From the NCBI GenBank assembly GCA_039679545.1, contig JBDKUT010000047.1:1-12831 (forward strand): a stretch of DNA of 12,831 bases. Reading direction: 5' to 3'. This DNA is from Thermotogota bacterium (GTDB lineage: Bacteria > Bipolaricaulota > Bipolaricaulia > UBA7950 > UBA9294). The position numbers and the translations under genes are program-made. The notes beneath the pieces are model-generated. The model saw only the letters and a list, made by a program, of their open reading frames with translations, did no database searches and was not told the DNA's origin. Positions 1-6,391 of this stretch are shown here, in pieces (position 1 is the stretch's first letter; the number at the start of each line of letters is the position of its first letter).

Positions 1-2
1 TC

Positions 3-425
3 CACGACAGCCGTCGCTACCGCCCGCGCCTATCTGGACCCCGTGTCGATCGCATGGACGTGTGCGTCGAAGTCCCCCGGCTCGCCGTGGGCGAACTGCT
101 CGAGACGATCCCCGCGGAGCCGTCGGCCGCCGCTCGCGCCCGCGTTGGTCGTGCTCGGGAAGCCCAGTGGAAGGCACGGCCCGAGGTCCTCTGCAACGCA
201 GACTTGGAGGGCGCAAGCCTCCGTGAGCATTGCCGCCTCGATTCGGAGGCGACGGAGCTTCTCCGAAGAGCCATCGCGCGCTTTGCGCTCTCCGGGCGTG
301 GGCACGCCCGCGTCCTCCGCGTCGCGCGGACGATCGCCGACCTTGCCGAAGATGAGGACATCCGCCCTGCCCACGTGGCGGAGGCTCTCCGGTACCGAGC
401 GGCCGGGAGAGTGCGCGAAGAGTGA
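3..425 (+). CDS. comM: YifB/ComM family Mg-chelatase-like AAA+ ATPase, C-terminal part (5'-truncated by the window)
   Basis: The frame is open from position 3: [22 protein letters not shown] resembles the family RYxxRLSGPLLDRIDxxVEVP. The C-terminus [19 protein letters not shown]...HVAEALRYR matches the family motif [19 protein letters not shown]...HxAEALxYR. Stop TGA at 423-425. Confidence 0.9.
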   Translation, partial: HDSRRYRPRLSGPRVDRMDVCVEVPRLAVGELLETIPAEPSAAARARVGRAREAQWKARPEVLCNADLEGASLREHCRLDSEATELLRRAIARFALSGRGHARVLRVARTIADLAEDEDIRPAHVAEALRYRAAGRVREE

Positions 426-480
426 GTTCCAGCCAGGCCAGTTCACGAAAAACACACACCGCATGGGTAGAGTCGGTGGC

Positions 481-520
481 TGGCAACGCAGTGAGCGATT
501 CGCTTATGCTCATATGCTCA
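481..520 (+). promoter_or_regulatory. Possible bamA promoter region with an 8-bp tandem repeat (TATGCTCA x2)
   Basis: TGGCAA (481-486), an 18-nt spacer, then TATGCT (505-510). TATGCTCA occurs at 505-512 and 513-520. The match to the sigma70 consensus is weak. Confidence 0.3.
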
Positions 521-558
521 CCGATGGATTCGGTTCTTGTCGAACGAGGAGGACAGGG

Positions 559-2742
559 ATGGAGAAGCGGCTGTTGGGGACTCTATTCGTTTGCCTCGCC
601 CTTGCCGGCGCGGCGTGTGCCGCTGCGGAGTTTCCTCTTGAAGTGACGGCGATAAACGTCGAAGGAAACCAGGAGGTCGAGGCAAACAAGATCCTCCGCC
701 AGGTCGCGTTCGGCGTCGGAGATGTCATCACGGAGGAAGACATTCGGGGGGCATCCCAGGCGATCTACGACCTCGGCTGGTTCACCGAGGTGGTGCCGGA
801 CGTGGGCGACGATGGCTCCATCACGTTCCGTGTCGCGGAGACTCCGGTCATTCAGGAGTTCGAGATCACGGGGAACATCAATCGGAGGACGTACAGCCTT
901 TTTGGAATCAGGTTGTTCGACACCTCCATCGTTCCAACGTCAGTCGTTCGCAGCATCCTGCGTGAGAACGGCGTCAAGAAGCACCAACTCCTCCACCTGC
1001 CCTCGTTGCGCACGGCGCTCGACAAGGTGGTCGAGAAGTACAAGGATCGCGGGTATCTCCTCATCTCGATTGGCGACGTAAAGCCGGAGCCGATCCTGAA
1101 GATCCAAATCGTCGAGATGCGCGTCGTGGGCAACGTCGTGCAGGGACTCCGGACGGTCCCCGAGGACATCGCCATCCAGATGGTCGATCTCCCTCTCGGC
1201 AAACCGCTCAAGCAGTCCGAGCTCCAGCGGGTCATGACGGCGCTTCGAAAAACCGTCTACTTCTCAGACGTCGACGTCAAGCCTCTCCAAGGCTCGGAGA
1301 CCGATTCGGTCGTCCTCCAATGGACCGTGACCGAGCGGCCGATCGTCGACTCCCCCGTGACGTTCACGACCGTCGCGCTTGACGGGGTTGGTGAGTTTCC
1401 GGTGGACGTAGCGGCTCAAGCTCTGGGCCCCATGCCCGAAGGAGAGGCGGATAACTACGCCGTGCTACAGATGCTTGAACCCCTCTACAACCTCTACTAC
1501 GACGCCGGCTTCATCATGGCCACGTTCGAGGTCGAACGAATCGAGGGCGAGACGTTGTACTTGCGCGTCCGGGAAGGTCTTATCGCAGGGATCGACATCG
1601 CGGAAGGCACGGAGACCCAGGGCCGCGTCCTCCGCAGGAACCTGGCCCTCCACGTCGGTCGCGTCCTCACCTACAACGACCTCAAGGTCTCGTACCAGAA
1701 GCTCAATTCGCTCGGATACTTCGACAGCGTGGTCATCGACCCTGTCTGGGCGGACGACGGGGTCCACGTGCAGGTGTCCGTCACGGACAAGAAGAGCCGT
1801 GGCGGGTTCAACGGGTCGATCGCCGTCGATCCGTCGACCGGCGAGCTGACCGGCGAACTCTCGGTGAGTCAGAAGAATCTCTTTGGCACGGGTCAGGACA
1901 TCACAGTCAGCTACAACCGTGGGCTCTCGAGCGAAGACGAGACCAACAACGCCACGTGGCGGCTTGGGTACAGCACAGTTGCCTATTTCTCCGGCTTCGA
2001 CAAGGTCCAGGCGAGCGTGTATCAGATGCTGACCGACGACGAGAGCGAAGACGACGAAACGATCACCTACCTGACCATCGGCGGGAACATGACCTTCGGG
2101 TACCCCGTGGCAGATTACACCGACCTCGAGCTCTCCTATGTCCACGAGAAGTACCGCAATGTCGAAGACCCCGACTGGATTCCTGTCGACATCCTTGGTC
2201 TCGCGCTCAAGGAAGATTCAAGCGACGACCCGTACACCCCGAATCGAGGAACACGTCGCTCCGTGTCCGTCCAGAAAGCCGGTGGGTTCTCAACCGGAGA
2301 GCAGTTCGCAAAGCTCGACGTATCGTGGGTGCAGTTCACCCCGGTATACAGCGGGCTATTCAGCACTGACGTTCAATGCACGCTGGCGACGCGCTTCCAT
2401 TTCGGTTGGGGTACGCACGATCTGAGCTCGTCGTACGCGTACGACTTCGGAGGTCCGACGTCCGTGCGTGGGTTCTCCGACGAATCCCAGGAGATCGACC
2501 GGATCTTCGTAACGAACTTCGAGCTTCGGCTGGAGCCTGCCGACGGGTTCACCGCATCTCCGTTTTTCGATTGGGGCGTGGATCTGGAACGCATCGAGGC
2601 AGACGAAATGCTTGCTTCGTCCGGATTCGAACTCGGAATCCTGGTCGTCGGAATCTTCGTTCGTTTGGACGTGGTCTGGGTTTTCGGCGATGATGCCGGG
2701 TGGGTCCCGCGGTTCGACTTTGCTTTTGGGTCCATGTTCTAG
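559..2742 (+). CDS. bamA: BamA/Omp85 family outer-membrane protein assembly factor (~727 aa; signal peptide, about 5 POTRA domains, beta-barrel)
   Basis: SD GAGGAGG (546-552) precedes ATG 559. Signal peptide MEKRLLGTLFVCLALAGAACAAA. POTRA motifs (INVEGN...IYDLGWF; LNSLGYF). Barrel motifs NLFGTG, DDPYTPNRG, GGPTSVRGF, FFDWG and terminal FDFAFGSMF. The 43-558 extension in the ORF track overlaps comM and is spurious. Confidence 0.92.
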   Translation: MEKRLLGTLFVCLALAGAACAAAEFPLEVTAINVEGNQEVEANKILRQVAFGVGDVITEEDIRGASQAIYDLGWFTEVVPDVGDDGSITFRVAETPVIQEFEITGNINRRTYSLFGIRLFDTSIVPTSVVRSILRENGVKKHQLLHLPSLRTALDKVVEKYKDRGYLLISIGDVKPEPILKIQIVEMRVVGNVVQGLRTVPEDIAIQMVDLPLGKPLKQSELQRVMTALRKTVYFSDVDVKPLQGSETDSVVLQWTVTERPIVDSPVTFTTVALDGVGEFPVDVAAQALGPMPEGEADNYAVLQMLEPLYNLYYDAGFIMATFEVERIEGETLYLRVREGLIAGIDIAEGTETQGRVLRRNLALHVGRVLTYNDLKVSYQKLNSLGYFDSVVIDPVWADDGVHVQVSVTDKKSRGGFNGSIAVDPSTGELTGELSVSQKNLFGTGQDITVSYNRGLSSEDETNNATWRLGYSTVAYFSGFDKVQASVYQMLTDDESEDDETITYLTIGGNMTFGYPVADYTDLELSYVHEKYRNVEDPDWIPVDILGLALKEDSSDDPYTPNRGTRRSVSVQKAGGFSTGEQFAKLDVSWVQFTPVYSGLFSTDVQCTLATRFHFGWGTHDLSSSYAYDFGGPTSVRGFSDESQEIDRIFVTNFELRLEPADGFTASPFFDWGVDLERIEADEMLASSGFELGILVVGIFVRLDVVWVFGDDAGWVPRFDFAFGSMF

Positions 2743-2772
2743 GTGACGCAGCGCGTCGGGATTCAGTACACT
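2743..2772 (+). promoter_or_regulatory. Possible internal promoter for skp
   Basis: GTGACG (2743-2748), 18 nt, TACACT (2767-2772); each hexamer is 4/6 to consensus. A strong SD AAGGAGG lies at 2796-2802. Confidence 0.25.
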
Positions 2773-2809
2773 GTGTCTTGGATGGTCTGGTACACAAGGA
2801 GGGAATGGT

Positions 2810-3559
2810 ATGTCTCGTAGTACTCTCGTCGTCGCGGCCGTGGCGCTTGTCCTCGCCGTCGGCGCGCTCGTCCTTCAGTTTGCGCTCCCGGCAGGGACAG
2901 ACGGCGGAAACAAGACCGAGATCGCCGCGCTCCGCAGCGACATCGATGCGCTGCAGCGATCAGCGTCCGCGGGCGGCGGTCTGAAAGTCGCCTACCTCAG
3001 CGCTGACGATGCTTTCACCGTCTTCACGAACGCCGTGTCCAGTCTCCGGCAGAAGGCCTTGGACAAACGAAATGAGATCGTGAAGCTCCAGAGCGACTTC
3101 ATGCAGAGCACGATCTCGAAGGACCAGTACCAGCGGCGGCTCAATGAACTCAACGTCCAGCTCATCGAGGCGCAGCTCGACATCGACGTCGGTACGATCG
3201 ATCGCATGATCGCGTCGGAGGGATTTGCGGACATGCGCAGCGATCTGCAGAAACTTCGAGATGCCGCCCAGCCGGTCGTCGAGGAAGTCAAGAACTTGGT
3301 CGCGACGGCTAAGCTCGGCGTTGTCGATGCTACGGAGTTCCAGAACCGATTGACCCAGGTTCAGAGCGCGTTTCAGCAGCTCGACACGCTTTTGACGCAG
3401 GCCGCGACGCTGAAGATTCAGCAGGCTGCGAAGAAGATCGCTGTGCAGAAAGGGTACGACCTCGTGATCCCAACCAAGAACGTGATCGTGTACGTGAATC
3501 AGTCCACGCTCCCCGACATCACGGAAGCGGTCAAGGCCGAGATCGCCAACTACCTCTAA
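2810..3559 (+). CDS. skp: Skp/OmpH family periplasmic chaperone, elongated (249 aa) with a hydrophobic N-terminus
   Basis: LKVAYLSADDAF resembles the OmpH N-terminal strand KIAYVD. IQQAAKKIAVQKGYDLVI...IVYVN...PDITEAV matches the OmpH C-terminal signature. The middle is a helical coiled coil. It lies directly after bamA and has a strong SD. Confidence 0.85.
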   Translation: MSRSTLVVAAVALVLAVGALVLQFALPAGTDGGNKTEIAALRSDIDALQRSASAGGGLKVAYLSADDAFTVFTNAVSSLRQKALDKRNEIVKLQSDFMQSTISKDQYQRRLNELNVQLIEAQLDIDVGTIDRMIASEGFADMRSDLQKLRDAAQPVVEEVKNLVATAKLGVVDATEFQNRLTQVQSAFQQLDTLLTQAATLKIQQAAKKIAVQKGYDLVIPTKNVIVYVNQSTLPDITEAVKAEIANYL

Positions 3560-3586
3560 ACAGCCACAGCGGGAACTCATCCTGCC

Positions 3587-4015
3587 ATGCGCGACATTGA
3601 AGAGATTCGGAGACTCATCCCTCTCCGCTTTCCCTACTTGATGGTCGATCGGATCCTGGAGGAGGCTCCGGATCGCGTCGTGGGCCTGAAGAATGTTTCG
3701 GTGAACGAGCCGTTCTTCCAGGGCCACTTCCCGGAACCTCTCCCGGCCATCATGCCGGGAACGCTGATCCTCGAAGCCATGGCGCAGGTCGCGGCGTTCT
3801 TCCTCCTGTCCGGCGAAACGCCACGAGCGCTCGGGTACTTGGTCGGGGTCGACAAGGCGCGGTTTCGGAAGCACGTCGTTCCCGGAGACCAGCTTCGCAT
3901 CGAGGCCTCGACGTCGCGCCGCCGCCAGGGACTTCTGGTTGTCGACGTCGTGGCGACGGTCGGGGACTCCGAGGTAGCCTCGGCGCAGATTTCCCTCCTC
4001 CCCGCGAAACCGTGA
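3587..4015 (+). CDS. fabZ: 3-hydroxyacyl-ACP dehydratase FabZ
   Basis: IPLRFPYLMVDRI, KNVSVNEPFFQGHFP (catalytic His), MPGTLILEAMAQ (catalytic Glu), ARFRKHVVPGDQL. Confidence 0.93.
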   Translation: MRDIEEIRRLIPLRFPYLMVDRILEEAPDRVVGLKNVSVNEPFFQGHFPEPLPAIMPGTLILEAMAQVAAFFLLSGETPRALGYLVGVDKARFRKHVVPGDQLRIEASTSRRRQGLLVVDVVATVGDSEVASAQISLLPAKP

Positions 4016-4028
4016 GGATCGGCCGGAC

Positions 4029-4925
4029 GTGATCGAGTGCGTCGCGAATGTGAGTGAGGGCCGGAATGCGGCGGTGATCGAAGAGATCACCGCCGCGCTC
4101 CGTTTCACCCACGCGAAGCTCCTCAATGTGCACGTGGATCCTGACCATCACCGCTCGGTCCTGACCTTGGCCGGAGGGTCGGAGGCTGTAGAGGAAGCGG
4201 CCTTCACCTTGGCGCGGGAGTGCGTAGCGCGCATCGACCTTCGCCGGCACGAGGGCGTCCACCCCCGAATGGGCGCCCTCGACGTCCTGCCGTTCGTGCC
4301 GCTTGCTGGGTCCTCCATGGACGACTGCGTGCAGATGGCTCGGCGCACCGGAACCCGGATCGCTACGGAACTCGGAGTTCCTGTCTTCCTCTACGGAGAC
4401 GCCGCGTTCCATCCCGAAAGGCGCTCGTTGTTCTTCGTCCGCGGGCGCGGCCTCGAGACCCTCCGAGCAAGGATGCAAGACGAGGGATTCGCGCCCGATT
4501 TCGGGCCGTCCGTGCCGCATCCGACGGCGGGAGCAACCGCCGTGGGGGCGCGAAATACACTGGTTGCCTACAACGTGCGCCTCGACACGCCCGACGTCGC
4601 CATCGCTCGCCGGATCGCCTCCTCGATCCGTGAAGCTCAAGGCGGCATGCGCGGCGTCCAGGCCCTCGGGCTTTTCCTCGCAACGCGCAGATGCGCGCAG
4701 GTCTCCATGAACCTCGTCGGCCCGCACCTCCCGCGGGTCGTCGACGTGTTCTGCCACGTCCGCGAGCTCGCCCGCGCCTTCGGGGTCTCCGTGACGGCCA
4801 GCGAGCTTGTCGGGCTGGCGCCGTCTACATCCCTGGAGGGAGCGACCCGCCGGAACCTGCTCCTCGACGACGAGCCTTCCGCCTACGTTCTCGAAACACG
4901 GCTTGCAGAGGTGAACCTCGCGTGA
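4029..4925 (+). CDS. ftcD: Glutamate formiminotransferase (stand-alone FT domain, no cyclodeaminase)
   Basis: GTG start. IECVANVSEGR (family ECVPNxSEGR), DHHRSVLT, IDLRRHEGVHPRMGALDVLPFVPL, PDFGP, GATAVGAR, AYNV, QVSMNL, SELVGL. At 298 aa it is the length of the FT domain alone. Confidence 0.92.
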   Translation: MIECVANVSEGRNAAVIEEITAALRFTHAKLLNVHVDPDHHRSVLTLAGGSEAVEEAAFTLARECVARIDLRRHEGVHPRMGALDVLPFVPLAGSSMDDCVQMARRTGTRIATELGVPVFLYGDAAFHPERRSLFFVRGRGLETLRARMQDEGFAPDFGPSVPHPTAGATAVGARNTLVAYNVRLDTPDVAIARRIASSIREAQGGMRGVQALGLFLATRRCAQVSMNLVGPHLPRVVDVFCHVRELARAFGVSVTASELVGLAPSTSLEGATRRNLLLDDEPSAYVLETRLAEVNLA

Positions 4926-6250
4926 GCGTCTTCGCCCTCGGAACCCGAATCGACCGACTCCTCATCGGGGGTTTCGGGCTTACCGGAAAGGCCATCGCTC
5001 GGTTCTGCGAGTCGCGGGGCATCCAATTCGCCGTCTCCGAATCCCGTGCCCTGCCCGAGGCGGACAGAGAGTGGATACAGGCCCATGCGTTCGACCACGA
5101 AGTCGGCGGGCATACCCTGCGCTTGCTGGACGGCGTGGACGCCGTCGTCCCGAGCCCCGGCTTCCCCGCCGACGCACCTCTTCTGCGCGGCGCAGCGGAA
5201 CGCGGAGTGCTGGTCCTGTCGGAGCTCGACCTCGCGACGACCGCGGGGACGCCGCCGCCGATTGTCGCGGTCACTGGAACGAACGGCAAAAGCACAACGG
5301 TGACCCTCATCGGCCTGCTCCTCCACCGAGTCGGCTTCGTCGCCCCCGTCGCGGGGAACATCGGACTGCCCTTCGTCGCCGTCGTCGACGGCGCTCAAGA
5401 CGCCGACGCCGTGGTCCTCGAGGTGTCGAGCTTCCAGCTGGAACAGAGCCGGATCTTCCACCCCCGCGTCGCCGTCCTCCTCAACCTCGCCCCGAACCAC
5501 CTCGAGCGCCACGGTTCCATGGCCGCGTACAAGGCGGCGAAAGAGAGGATCTTCGCCCAGCAGACGGCAGCGGACGTCGCCGTTCTCCCAGCCGAATTGG
5601 CTTCCCGGATCGACCACGGCGCGGCCCGCCTCGTGGTCTACGATCAGCCGATCCCTCCGCTCCCGCTCGGCAGCGAGAGACTGACTCACGTGAACCGCCT
5701 CAACTTCGCGGCCGCCATTACGGCCTGCAAGGCGCTCTCTCCCGGATTCGACGCCTCGTCCCAGCGGATCGAGGAGTACGACGCGGCCCTCCACCTGCCG
5801 TTCCGGCAGCAGGAGATCGGGTCGATCGCAGGCATCCGCATCATCAACGACTCCAAGGCCACGAGTCCCGCCGCCACGCTGGCCGCTCTACGCTCCGTTC
5901 ACGACCCCGTCGTGCTTCTCCTTGGAGGACGCTCGAAGAAAGGCGGGTACGACGACCTCGCTCGTGCGCTCTCAGGGTTCCGCATGCGTACCGTGATTGT
6001 CTTTGGGGAGGCACGAGAGGAAATCGCCGAGCACCTGCACGCCGCCCGAGTTAAGTTCAGGGCAGTGGACTCCCTCCAATCCGCGCTCGCCGAGGGTCTC
6101 GCCGCCGCACGACCGGGCGACGCTCTCCTGCTATCGCCCGCGTGCTCGAGCTTCGACGCGTTCTCGAGCTACGAAGAGCGGGGAAAAATCTTCACACGTC
6201 TCTGCCAAGAGCAAGACGGGTTCGTCCCGTCACGCTCCAAGGACCTCTAG
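4922..6250 (+). CDS. murD: UDP-N-acetylmuramoyl-L-alanine--D-glutamate ligase MurD (~442 aa)
   Basis: GTG 4922 overlaps the ftcD stop (GTGA) and has SD GAGGTG at 4908-4913. Motifs: GFGLTG, SPG, VAVTGTNGKSTT, GNIG, LEVSSFQLE, NHLERH, NDSKAT, LLSPACSSFD...YEERG. Confidence 0.95.
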   Translation: MSVFALGTRIDRLLIGGFGLTGKAIARFCESRGIQFAVSESRALPEADREWIQAHAFDHEVGGHTLRLLDGVDAVVPSPGFPADAPLLRGAAERGVLVLSELDLATTAGTPPPIVAVTGTNGKSTTVTLIGLLLHRVGFVAPVAGNIGLPFVAVVDGAQDADAVVLEVSSFQLEQSRIFHPRVAVLLNLAPNHLERHGSMAAYKAAKERIFAQQTAADVAVLPAELASRIDHGAARLVVYDQPIPPLPLGSERLTHVNRLNFAAAITACKALSPGFDASSQRIEEYDAALHLPFRQQEIGSIAGIRIINDSKATSPAATLAALRSVHDPVVLLLGGRSKKGGYDDLARALSGFRMRTVIVFGEAREEIAEHLHAARVKFRAVDSLQSALAEGLAAARPGDALLLSPACSSFDAFSSYEERGKIFTRLCQEQDGFVPSRSKDL

Positions 6251-6254
6251 CCCC

Positions 6255-6390
6255 AAGCTCCGGGACATTCGTCCGGTTCTCGGTGAACCGAGCTTCGCTT
6301 TTCGCCGTACGCGGTTCCTTTGGCTCCCAGGACAGATGCCGTACGCATGGTGTCGGGTCAATCGGATGTACGCGGACGAAGGAGCGAGGG
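6255..6390 (+). promoter_or_regulatory. Structured murD-ftsW intergenic leader (hairpins, possible weak terminator or anti-SD element)
   Basis: Hairpin CTCGG-TGAA-CCGAG (6279-6292) followed by CTTCGCTTTT. AAGCTC/GAGCTT pairing (6255-6260/6290-6295). GTACGC occurs three times. Segment 6293-6307 is complementary to the ftsW SD region. Confidence 0.3.
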
Positions 6391-6391
6391 C

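Noticed and set aside
481..496. Sigma54 promoter (TGGCA...GC) upstream of bamA
   Set aside because: The GG-to-GC spacing is 11 nt rather than the strict 10, and TTGC is absent.
43..558. N-terminal extension giving an 899-aa BamA
   Set aside because: It overlaps comM in another frame and is Ser/Arg/Pro-rich shadow sequence. The SD and signal peptide point to ATG 559.
559..620. Lipoprotein signal in BamA (LAGAAC)
   Set aside because: The -3 residue is Gly, a poor lipobox match. The following AAA fits SPase I cleavage better.
2745..2757. Hairpin GACGC-AGC-GCGTC after bamA as a terminator
   Set aside because: The stem is only 5 bp and has no U-tract.
4691..4921. N-terminal extension of MurD (519-aa ORF)
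   Set aside because: It overlaps conserved ftcD sequence. GTG 4922 has an SD and gives a normal MurD length.
6320..6391. TTG 6320 start for ftsW
   Set aside because: It has no SD, whereas GTG 6392 has AAGGAG at 7-nt spacing.
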